64,000 nucleotides of DNA from assembly GCA_023389255.1 (NCBI GenBank), contig JAEWER010000033.1, positions 198 through 64,197 on the forward strand, written 5' to 3'. The DNA comes from Bacillota bacterium (lineage in GTDB: Bacteria; Bacillota; Clostridia; Saccharofermentanales; DTU023). The translations under genes were made by a program, and so were the position numbers. The notes beneath the pieces were generated by a model. That model saw only the letters and a list, made by a program, of their open reading frames with translations. It was not told the origin of the DNA and did no database searches. How positions within the stretch are numbered: position 1 is the first letter of the stretch; every line of letters begins with the position of its first letter. This document shows positions 44,785 through 53,368 of this stretch, in pieces.

Positions 44785-46044
44785 ATGTCACAGCAAATGT
44801 TAAATAACTCTCTGCTTGCAGAGCTTAACCAGATTAATCAAAAATTACAACAAACCACCCAACAATCTGCAATAGTAACTTTACTCAAAGATGCTTTCGC
44901 TAAAGCCTTTAGTGAAGTAAAGCAAGATGCTGTTAAAGCTTTTTTCTCTCCTGGCAGAGTCAATTTAATCGGCGATCATATCGACTATAACGGCGGTGAA
45001 GTTTTCCCTTGCGCCTTAACCTTGGGCACCTATGCTATCGCACAGAAGAGAAATGACCACAGAATTCGTTTTCTCTCTCTTAACTATCCACAACAAGGCA
45101 TTGTGGAAGTGGATTTGAAAAGTCTGGCTTACGATCGTGCCGATGGCTGGACAAACTATGCCAAAGGTATGCTGGTAACTCTAATCAACGCTGGGCATAA
45201 AATAAACAGCGGATTAGATATGGTAGTTTACGGTAATATCCCCCCTGCATCTGGCCTTTCTTCTTCAGCATCTATCGAACTACTAACTGGCGTTGTCGCC
45301 CGTGGTTTGTTTGGCTTAGAGGTTGATAACCAAACCCTATCTTTGCTCGGTAAAAAAGCTGAGAATGAATATATCGGCGTTAACTGTGGCATCATGGATC
45401 AATTTGCTATCGCCATGGGTAAAGAGAACCAAGCAATTTTACTCAATACTGAAACCTTAGCTTATAGCTATGCACCACTGAATTTAGGAGAATATGCTTT
45501 AATCATCGCTAATACCAATAAAAAACGTGGCTTAGCCGATTCTAAGTACAACGAACGCCGTGCCGAATGTGAAAAGGCCTTAGCTCTGCTACAAACTAAA
45601 GCCAATATCAAACAGCTCTGCGAATTATCTCCCCAAGCATTTGAACAAATCAAAGACGTGTTAGACGGCACCTTGCTACGCCGAGCACGTCACACAGTCA
45701 ATGAACAGCACCATGTCACCTGTGCTATGGAGGCACTAAAACAGCAAGATTTAGCAACTTTCGGTGAATTGATGAACAAATCACATGCTTCTCTCCGAGA
45801 TGACTATGAAGTCACAGGCATCGAATTAGATACGCTGGTTGCGGCATCTCAAGCTCATCCTGCTTGCTTAGGTGCTCGTGTGACTGGCGCTGGTTTCGGC
45901 GGTTGCACCGTAGCCCTAGTCAAACGTGAGGCACTTGCTGATTTCACTGCTACTGTTGGTAAAACATACGCTGACAAGATCGGCTATGCCTGCGATTTCT
46001 ACAACGTTTCTCCTGGTAATGGCGCTGGTGAATTAACACTTTAA
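44785..46044 (+). CDS. galK: Galactokinase
   Basis: GRVNLIGDHIDYNGG, PPASGLSSSAS, TGAGFGGC. AGGAGG RBS. Confidence 0.93.
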   Translation: MSQQMLNNSLLAELNQINQKLQQTTQQSAIVTLLKDAFAKAFSEVKQDAVKAFFSPGRVNLIGDHIDYNGGEVFPCALTLGTYAIAQKRNDHRIRFLSLNYPQQGIVEVDLKSLAYDRADGWTNYAKGMLVTLINAGHKINSGLDMVVYGNIPPASGLSSSASIELLTGVVARGLFGLEVDNQTLSLLGKKAENEYIGVNCGIMDQFAIAMGKENQAILLNTETLAYSYAPLNLGEYALIIANTNKKRGLADSKYNERRAECEKALALLQTKANIKQLCELSPQAFEQIKDVLDGTLLRRARHTVNEQHHVTCAMEALKQQDLATFGELMNKSHASLRDDYEVTGIELDTLVAASQAHPACLGARVTGAGFGGCTVALVKREALADFTATVGKTYADKIGYACDFYNVSPGNGAGELTL

Positions 46045-46093
46045 GCTACTATCTCTAAAACAATTACAAGTATTAGTTAAAGTTAGAACATAC

Positions 46094-46124
46094 AAAGCTG
46101 ATCTATTAGGTCAGCTTTTTCTTT
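46094..46124 (+). terminator. Terminator of galK
   Basis: AAAGCTGA...TCAGCTTT hairpin followed by a TTTCTTT run. Confidence 0.65.
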
Positions 46125-46130
46125 GCAAGC

Positions 46131-46163
46131 ACAAAAGAAGAACCCCAACTTGCGGGGTTCTTG
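46131..46163 (-). terminator. Terminator of the DtxR-family regulator gene
   Basis: Minus strand AAGAACCCC-GCAAGTT-GGGGTTCTT followed by CTTTTGT. Confidence 0.7.
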
Positions 46164-46244
46164 AGGAGACGTATGAAGAGGTGTTGTGTTTGATGTATTT
46201 AACTATAAACAGCTGTTGTGGCACAAAAAGTACTCAATTGTGAA

Positions 46245-46700
46245 CTATTGTGAAGTTCTTTTTCTTCTACCATCACGAATTTTGATGTTATTGAATTCTA
46301 GGAAATGACGTTGTGGAGCATGCGGACAATCATAGGCACAGTGTTGAATGTGGGTGCGCATACGCTGGAAAGTTATATCGGATAAGCCATGCTCAATATT
46401 ACAAGCATCGACCGCCGCAATATCTTCTGGTACACCCAAGGCCATGAGGTAACGTGTTAAAAACATATGGCGCTCATATATTTTTTCCGCTATTTCCAGT
46501 CCTGCTTCTGTTAAAAACAAAGCACCATTATCAGCTATTTGGAGTAAACCGTTATCTTCTAAGAGATGAATCGCACGGCTAACAGATGGTTTGGAAAAAC
46601 CCATGCGACGTGCGAGATCCACTGAACGTACATTGCCCATCTCTTGTTGCAATATGTGGATATTTTCCAAATAATTTTCTGCAGATTTTTGCAGGCGCAT
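46245..46700 (-). CDS. DtxR/MntR-family metal-dependent transcriptional regulator
   Basis: SAENYLENIHILQQEMGNVRSVDLARRMGFSKPSVSRAIHLLEDNGLL (winged HTH of the DtxR family), followed by a metal-binding/dimerisation helix region. Confidence 0.85.
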   Translation of the reverse strand: MRLQKSAENYLENIHILQQEMGNVRSVDLARRMGFSKPSVSRAIHLLEDNGLLQIADNGALFLTEAGLEIAEKIYERHMFLTRYLMALGVPEDIAAVDACNIEHGLSDITFQRMRTHIQHCAYDCPHAPQRHFLEFNNIKIRDGRRKRTSQ

Positions 46701-46812
46701 GTCTACCTCCCCGTACTGTTAACATCATCTAACTAGCTACATACTATACTACGGTAAAGATTGACGCAACCTGAGTAAAGTTACTATTTGCTAAAATGAT
46801 TGTAGAGGCAGT

Positions 46813-48849
46813 ATGAGCGTTATCAGTATCAAGCATGTAAGCAAAACTTTTGGTGAACACGAAGTTCTCAAGGATTTATCCTTAGAGCTTAATTTTGACG
46901 ATAAATTAGCGCTCATCGGTGAAAATGGTGTGGGCAAAACCACACTCTTTAAACTCATTCTCGGAACAGAGAAGCCAGATATCGATAGCGGAAGTATTCA
47001 TGTTGCTCCTGGTGCAGTAATTGGCTATATGGAACAACATCAACATTCATCTAGCAGTCATCACGCTTTACTCGATGAAGAAGTTTTGAGTTTAGAGCAT
47101 GCTATCAATCGATTAAATCAGCGCTTAGCCTTAGCAACTGATGTAGAAACACCTGCTCTACTCGCTGAATTAAATCAACTAAACGAACGCTTCGAGGCTT
47201 TAGATGGCTATTCTTTTCAAGCTCGCTTAGCACAAATTCTTGACGGCTTAGGCTTAAATCAAGACACCATGCATCGCCCCTTGAGTGAACTATCTGGTGG
47301 CGAATTAATGCGTGCTCATTTGGCGCGTGTCTTAGTGCGTGAGCCAGATATTCTGCTACTAGACGAACCTACTAACCACTTAGACCAATTCGCCTGTGAG
47401 TGGTTGCAACAATTTCTGCAAAAATATAAAGGTGTCTTACTCGTAATCAGCCATGATCGTGCTTTTATTGACTCATTCGCTAATATCACGGGCAAACTGG
47501 CTGGTGGCAAACTTGTCTGTCAGCGTGGCAATTACAGTCATTTTGCGGAGATTGAAGCGGAACAAGCTATCCGCTTAGCCAAAGAAGTAGCTCAGCTTGA
47601 AAAACAATTGCAACGCCAAGAAGAAATTACACAAACCATGCTCTCTCATCGCAAGATTAGCTCCTATCATAGTAGTGAAAAAAAAGTTACTAAGCTCAAG
47701 GAGACCTTAGCGCAAGTTAAGAGCCAAAAGCGCCAGAGCGATAAGCAACTTCACTTTCAAGTTGTTAAAGGTAATAACACCAGTGATCCTGATCGCATTC
47801 TCTGTCAATTAAAAGACTTACAAGTTACTTTTACGGGAAGAAACAAGCCCTTATTTTGCTGTCCTGAATTAACGGTCAGAGGTCAAGATCACATCGTAGT
47901 AGTCGGACCTAATGGTGCTGGTAAAACCACTTTCATTAAGAGTATTCTAGGACAGTTGCCCGATGAAACTTCTGGCACACTCGCCTTTGCCCATAACCTA
48001 AAAATAGGTTACTTAGGACAGAACATTCGTTTTGCTGACGAAAACACGGATGTGCTCACAGAAACAATGCGATTGAACGAGGGCATGACAGAAGGACAAG
48101 CTCGTAACCTACTAGCAAAATTTGGCTTTACAGGAGAGAGTGTTTACAAACATATCTACGTGTTATCTGGTGGTGAGCGCGCCAGACTTTATCTCTGCTC
48201 CTTGCTACAAGAAAATCCTGACTTGCTAATTTTGGATGAGCCTACTAACCATTTAGACATTAATTCAAGAGAAATATTAGAGCAAGCATTACAGAATTAT
48301 GATGGTGCCCTCATTGCTATCAGTCACGATCTTTACTTCATCCGTAAAATTGCTCAGAAAATCTTGGGTTTTGTTGGCGAGAAGCTACTCCCGTTTACTT
48401 CCTACGAGCAGTATCGCCAAAAAGTTATGCAACTTAAGCAAACCGCAGGCAATCTGTCTACGCTAAAGATACCTACTTCAAGCGGAACGTCAGAATCTAT
48501 TCGTGAAGATAAAAAAGAGCAGGCGACAAATAACGCAGATCCACTCAACGCAGTTGCTGAAATATTGTTTACTGATGCAGAAATTGCGGCGTATCCCCAA
48601 TTAGCTGAATTCAAGACTATTCCTAGTAATCGCTCACAAGCCAAACGCTTTACTGCTCACCTACGCCAACTATCCAATACTTTAGAACAGCAATTAACTG
48701 AACGGGAAGCACAAGCTGAGCAACTAGAAAAACAATTTCAAACAGCTAATAATCCTGAACTATATGCTGAATATGCAACTCTACTAGAAACTATTCAACT
48801 CGAAGAAAACCTATATCTCAAGATTCTAGAGATCTTAGAAAACTGCTAG
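46813..48849 (+). CDS. ABC-F family ATPase (two ABC domains, no TM) with a Uup-like C-terminal coiled-coil extension
   Basis: Two sets of Walker A (GENGVGKTT, GPNGAGKTT), signature (LSGGE) and Walker B (LLLDEPTNHLD, LILDEPTNHLD), separated by a charged linker. Confidence 0.88.
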   Translation: MSVISIKHVSKTFGEHEVLKDLSLELNFDDKLALIGENGVGKTTLFKLILGTEKPDIDSGSIHVAPGAVIGYMEQHQHSSSSHHALLDEEVLSLEHAINRLNQRLALATDVETPALLAELNQLNERFEALDGYSFQARLAQILDGLGLNQDTMHRPLSELSGGELMRAHLARVLVREPDILLLDEPTNHLDQFACEWLQQFLQKYKGVLLVISHDRAFIDSFANITGKLAGGKLVCQRGNYSHFAEIEAEQAIRLAKEVAQLEKQLQRQEEITQTMLSHRKISSYHSSEKKVTKLKETLAQVKSQKRQSDKQLHFQVVKGNNTSDPDRILCQLKDLQVTFTGRNKPLFCCPELTVRGQDHIVVVGPNGAGKTTFIKSILGQLPDETSGTLAFAHNLKIGYLGQNIRFADENTDVLTETMRLNEGMTEGQARNLLAKFGFTGESVYKHIYVLSGGERARLYLCSLLQENPDLLILDEPTNHLDINSREILEQALQNYDGALIAISHDLYFIRKIAQKILGFVGEKLLPFTSYEQYRQKVMQLKQTAGNLSTLKIPTSSGTSESIREDKKEQATNNADPLNAVAEILFTDAEIAAYPQLAEFKTIPSNRSQAKRFTAHLRQLSNTLEQQLTEREAQAEQLEKQFQTANNPELYAEYATLLETIQLEENLYLKILEILENC

Positions 48850-49763
48850 CTATTGGGTAGCAAAAGCTTAATTTTACGGGGAACAGAACGGATCAAAGCC
48901 GGCAAGTGCAAGCCTTGTTCACCATCATGGTCTAAAACCACTGGCTTACCATCTAAGCATTCAATTTCAACTTGTTTTACCTGGCGATAATAGATAATAG
49001 GAGAATTGAGATGCCCACCTGTATGCATCTGCGAAAATAGCGCAACTACCGAAGGAATATCAGCAATACTGCGTGGCACAGAACGGATCATCAGCAAATC
49101 GAGCATACCGTCTTGCACCGATGCTAGAGGCATTATATTTTCAAAACCTCCTACACTTCTACTATTACCCACCATAAATAGCAAAATTTCTTCTTCGATA
49201 ACTTCCGATGGTGTCACAAAGCGAAACGGACGTGGATTTAGTAAATTCTTAGGAGCTGAAACGATGCCAGTTAAAACATATGCGAGACGACCCAGCAAGG
49301 TTTTTAGTTTGCTGGGAGTAGTATAGGCAACTTCTGTTAATAAACCACCAGCACAAACATTGAGAAAATATTGGTCATTGACCTGACCCACATCAACTTC
49401 TTCCACTCGATGAGAGCGGAGCAACTTTTCCATCTCCTCTACATTGCACGGCAACTGTAAAGCGGTCGCAAAATCGTTGACAGTACCTCCAGCAAGTAAA
49501 GCTAAAGGAACCTGATAACCTGCTTCTAGCAAACCATTGAGTGCTTGATTAGCAGTACCATCTCCACCAGCCACTAGCAAAACATCATAGTCAAGCGTTG
49601 ATTCGTCGCTAGCTATGACTCTCGCATTTTGTTGCGTTGTCGTATAGCACAAATAGCTCTGACTGATCACACCTTCTTGTTCTAGACGGTTTATCAAACC
49701 TTCTAGCGGTTGCTTAATGGTTTCACGACCAGCTGTAGGATTGATAATTACTTTAACTTTCAT
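48846..49763 (-). CDS. Diacylglycerol-kinase-family lipid kinase (DagK/YegS-like)
   Basis: IINPTAGR, VAGGDGTANQALNGL, GTVNDFA. Confidence 0.85.
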   Translation of the reverse strand: MKVKVIINPTAGRETIKQPLEGLINRLEQEGVISQSYLCYTTTQQNARVIASDESTLDYDVLLVAGGDGTANQALNGLLEAGYQVPLALLAGGTVNDFATALQLPCNVEEMEKLLRSHRVEEVDVGQVNDQYFLNVCAGGLLTEVAYTTPSKLKTLLGRLAYVLTGIVSAPKNLLNPRPFRFVTPSEVIEEEILLFMVGNSRSVGGFENIMPLASVQDGMLDLLMIRSVPRSIADIPSVVALFSQMHTGGHLNSPIIYYRQVKQVEIECLDGKPVVLDHDGEQGLHLPALIRSVPRKIKLLLPNS

Positions 49764-51153
49764 CTGTCCTATTACGACCTTTCAGTTTGCCAGCTAGATA
49801 ACCGCTCGCCCATGACCATTGTAAATTATAGCCTCCAGTGCGACCACAAACATCTACACATTCACCACAGGCATAAAGCCCAGGATAATTTAGCAACCCC
49901 ATGCTTTGCTGATCCACTTCTGCAAGATCAATGCCCCCCAATGCCACTTGCGCCTGGTTAAAGCTTAAAACACCGATAAGCCGTAAAGGTAAGTGATGCA
50001 AAACACGCTCCGTTTTAGTTTGCAATTGTCTTAAAGTAAATTGCTCAGGTAATTGGTTTAGGGTTTGCTCTGTGAGATACTTTGCTATCTTCGGTTTAAC
50101 TACAGCAGCTAGTAATAAGGTTAGATACTCTCGTACTTCATCTATTCTCAAAGATCGCCTTGTATTATCCGTTACCCAATAACTAGACCAAAGTTTAGTT
50201 AACTCATAGCCGTTAGCCCAATCAATCTCTCCTGCTACTGGTTTAGTTAGGCGGTAATACTCTTGTGCTACATTACGATTGCCTTGTTTCATTTTGACTG
50301 TATGGATTTGGTTACTCAGATGCTCATGTAGTAGCACCGATAAATCAAGCGCTGGTATTCCTGATAAACCGTAATCTGTTATTTGTAGCTCGCCTTGTGT
50401 TGATATTGGTTCTTCCCCACAAGTACAACTGATTTTACCGTGAAAGCGTTGCCCCACTGGCAAATCTTTTCGCTCATTAAACTCGGTAACTACAGGGCTT
50501 AAGGCTGGCTTAAACGGAGAAATTTTAAGTGGCAATTCACCATTAATAGTTAATCCTGAGTCAAAAGAAGAGACACCTCCCAATTGTGGTGCAGCTATCG
50601 AACCTGTAGCCAAAATCACATTGCGAGTTGCTATCTTCTGCTCTTTACTGTTTTGTAGATAAGAAATCTGCCACTTAGTTTGCTTACTCTGAGATATTTG
50701 CGCAATGCCCACTACCTCAGCTTCCAGCAACACTTCAATTCGTTCTTGTGCTAGGCGATGTCGCAGAATCTTAAGCACCGTTTCTGCGCTTTCGCTTACA
50801 GGATAAAGCCTGCCAAGATCTTCATTTTTGAGCAAAACTCCCTGCTTCTGCCACCACTGTTTTAGCCAAGCATAATCATATTGGGTAAAGATGCTTTCGA
50901 TGAAGTTCTGAAAGTCTGCACCTTTTGTCTGCAAACTTCGATAATTGCTTGCAGCTTGACTCAGATTAGCAATATTACATCTACCGTTACCGGATGCTTT
51001 GACTTTACGCAATAAGTACGACTGGCGCTCCAGTATCAGGACACGTGCACTCGGGTGGTTTTCGATGCAGCTCAGAGCAGCCATAACACCACTAGCACCA
51101 GCACCAATGATCACTGCATCATATACATTTTTCCCCATAGCTTCTTTGCTCAT
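49753..51153 (-). CDS. HI0933/BaiN-like FAD-dependent oxidoreductase
   Basis: YDAVIIGAGASGVMAA dinucleotide fold, SGNGRCNIAN family signature, C-terminal GGYNLQWSWASG. ATGA start/stop overlap with the upstream gene. Confidence 0.8.
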   Translation of the reverse strand: MSKEAMGKNVYDAVIIGAGASGVMAALSCIENHPSARVLILERQSYLLRKVKASGNGRCNIANLSQAASNYRSLQTKGADFQNFIESIFTQYDYAWLKQWWQKQGVLLKNEDLGRLYPVSESAETVLKILRHRLAQERIEVLLEAEVVGIAQISQSKQTKWQISYLQNSKEQKIATRNVILATGSIAAPQLGGVSSFDSGLTINGELPLKISPFKPALSPVVTEFNERKDLPVGQRFHGKISCTCGEEPISTQGELQITDYGLSGIPALDLSVLLHEHLSNQIHTVKMKQGNRNVAQEYYRLTKPVAGEIDWANGYELTKLWSSYWVTDNTRRSLRIDEVREYLTLLLAAVVKPKIAKYLTEQTLNQLPEQFTLRQLQTKTERVLHHLPLRLIGVLSFNQAQVALGGIDLAEVDQQSMGLLNYPGLYACGECVDVCGRTGGYNLQWSWASGYLAGKLKGRNRTDES

Positions 51154-51887
51154 AATGCTAAGGCTCGACTGTACTTACTTTGCGTTAGTGCTTGAAGTTT
51201 TAGCGTTTCACTCACTTGTTGAACCCACATCTCCCAGCACTTTTCATCACCCTGCTGTAATTCAATTTCTATTTCCGCAATTTGGTCGCATTTTAGCTGT
51301 GCGTCTTGCTGATCGGTATACTTAAACAAAAATCCTTCGTCAAAAGAAACCACTGTACTGAAGTCTGAACAAGCAAATGTATAATCCGTACGGGAAAAAT
51401 TTGTACCAACTTTTCTGACCCAATGCACATCTGCCTCGATTAAAGCTAGCACTTCTTGCATCGGTGTTATCTCTTTTATCTCTGGCGAGCGTAATAACTG
51501 ATAATTGTTGCTAACCGTACTATCGCCAAACAACAAAGAACCTATCTCATGCCAAAATTCTTGCTGAGTTAGCTGGCAATCTAAACGATCTAACATCTCT
51601 CTGTGCTTGGGTATTAAATACCACTCTAACTCCAGGCGCCGAAAAGGTTGCGTACTTTGATCAAATCCCTTAAGACAGACAACTAATTGATCGCGGTCTA
51701 TTCGCACTCGCAATACCGTATTATACTTCGCAAAATCTCCAAGCGAAGTATCGCAATAAATAGATGTCAATTTTCTAGGAATTTCAGCTTGCCACGTTCC
51801 TCTAATAGCTGTGATCTGAGTTAATTCAGCAAAAAACTCTTCCCTAGTTAGCTTAGGGATAGCAAATTTGTATTCTAGTTCTGCCAT
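51150..51887 (-). CDS. CYTH-domain protein (triphosphate tunnel metalloenzyme family)
   Basis: ELEYKF (ExExK), IYCDT, LRVRI, CLKG, RRLELEW, VSFDEG, EIEIEL, SKYSRAL. Ordered as in CYTH domains. Start set at ATG 51887, 1 nt after the upstream stop. Confidence 0.7.
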   Translation of the reverse strand: MAELEYKFAIPKLTREEFFAELTQITAIRGTWQAEIPRKLTSIYCDTSLGDFAKYNTVLRVRIDRDQLVVCLKGFDQSTQPFRRLELEWYLIPKHREMLDRLDCQLTQQEFWHEIGSLLFGDSTVSNNYQLLRSPEIKEITPMQEVLALIEADVHWVRKVGTNFSRTDYTFACSDFSTVVSFDEGFLFKYTDQQDAQLKCDQIAEIEIELQQGDEKCWEMWVQQVSETLKLQALTQSKYSRALAL

Positions 51888-51888
51888 A

Positions 51889-53190
51889 TCACTCAATGGT
51901 AAAAATGTTATTGTCTGTTTTAGCAACTATAGTATTGCCTGCCACACTTAGCTGGCTAATTCTCCGCCCAAGGTCAGCTTGACCCACGATGTTACCCGAT
52001 AACAAGTCTAAGGTGAAGATCTGGCTACCACTAGCTAAAGCAAGTTGATTTGAGCGCATGGTGGCGTTCACAAAACTTCTGCTGGATAAACCCGTATTTT
52101 GCTCTTGTAATTTGCCTTGTTGCAAGCGTAGTAACATCAGCTCATGGTTAGACGATTCCACTAAGAAGAGATGTTCTTTTTCCCGTTCTATAACCTGTAA
52201 CAGATTACCACCTAAAGAAAATAACGATTTTTCTTGTGGATTTTGTACCTCAATTGTCAATAGAGAAGATGGACCAACCACTACCCAATTACCCGCAGGG
52301 TCATAGGATAACTTGCTGTAGAGATGATTGTCATCATCTAGCGTTACTTCTTGCAACAGCTGACCACTCAAAGAGTAACGTCGAATAATGCCACGCAATT
52401 GGCTAGTATTAGTGTTACAGAGTAAAACATCTAACGCTTTACCATCAGGTGAGAAATTGACAGCTAAGGGATATCCCACTTCAGCAAATTGGATGGTGAA
52501 CAGTCGTTGTCCATCTTTGAGGCGATCTAGATGCACAAAACCAGTTTGATCAACGTTGTTTTGAATAAGCGCAACGTATTGCTCATTGGTAGCAATGCCA
52601 CCACACGCATTATCTACTGTGGAATGATAAATCACTTTATCATCAGCAAAGCCTACCACAGCAGAGCCCTGCAAATCAGCCACCCATAATTTATCTTTAT
52701 TTTGTATCACTAAAGGCTTTGCTATCTGTGTTTGATAACTATTCAACTGATAACCATCTATATCTGCCAAAATCAAATAATCACCGACTTGTTGGACGAT
52801 GCGATCCGCTCTTAAATATAGTTGTGAGCTAAGAGAATTTGCATAGCTGAAATGTTTATTAGTTGATAGCTCAGGTACACCAGCTAGATTGATACTGTTA
52901 TATACGGCTTTAGTCTCTTTGCTGAATGCTTTATCCGTATTGCTGGTATTAGCCTCTGTAGCTATTTGTTTTTGCTCTGCAGGCAAACGATTATGCATTT
53001 TGCTATAAATTGCCACAACGAAAACAGCTACAATCAATAAAACTACAACACCAACTAAAATACGCAGTGCCAGATTGCTACGTAACTGATTAGCCACTAG
53101 CTGATACTGCTTCTGACAAAATTGCGTAACAGCTTGCCAGGTATCTTTCAGCTTGGCTCCGAGATTAATTTGTTTCTTGGTTTTATTCAT
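51889..53190 (-). CDS. Membrane-anchored extracytoplasmic protein of unknown function (beta-rich, possibly propeller-like; DUF5711-like)
   Basis: N-terminal cytoplasmic segment plus one TM (ILVGVVVLLIVAVFVVAIY), then ~360 aa of alternating beta-like segments. Confidence 0.6.
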   Translation of the reverse strand: MNKTKKQINLGAKLKDTWQAVTQFCQKQYQLVANQLRSNLALRILVGVVVLLIVAVFVVAIYSKMHNRLPAEQKQIATEANTSNTDKAFSKETKAVYNSINLAGVPELSTNKHFSYANSLSSQLYLRADRIVQQVGDYLILADIDGYQLNSYQTQIAKPLVIQNKDKLWVADLQGSAVVGFADDKVIYHSTVDNACGGIATNEQYVALIQNNVDQTGFVHLDRLKDGQRLFTIQFAEVGYPLAVNFSPDGKALDVLLCNTNTSQLRGIIRRYSLSGQLLQEVTLDDDNHLYSKLSYDPAGNWVVVGPSSLLTIEVQNPQEKSLFSLGGNLLQVIEREKEHLFLVESSNHELMLLRLQQGKLQEQNTGLSSRSFVNATMRSNQLALASGSQIFTLDLLSGNIVGQADLGRRISQLSVAGNTIVAKTDNNIFTIE

Positions 53191-53202
53191 AAAACTTAGT
53201 CG

Positions 53203-53211
53203 ATTATATCA
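53203..53211 (-). promoter_or_regulatory. Extended -10 element (TGATATAAT) 12 nt upstream of the ATG at 53190
   Basis: Minus strand ...GGATGTGATATAATCGACTAAGTTTTATG. There is no Shine-Dalgarno sequence between the -10 and the ATG. Confidence 0.45.
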
Positions 53212-53270
53212 CATCCCCTAATTCATACCCTTTTTCAGCATTTTTCTCTTAGTAGTGGCAAATTTTCCCA

Positions 53271-53300
53271 TAAAAAAAAGCTGATCATGTGATCAGCTTT
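53271..53300 (-). terminator. Rho-independent terminator of mnmG (palindromic, potentially bidirectional)
   Basis: AAGCTGATCA-TG-TGATCAGCTT, flanked by A8 and a T-run. Confidence 0.8.
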
Positions 53301-53368
53301 TATCTTTTAGTTTTAGTCGCTTAAGCTAACTTTTTACGTTTTGCTATTGCTACTAGTAATCAGCCAAA

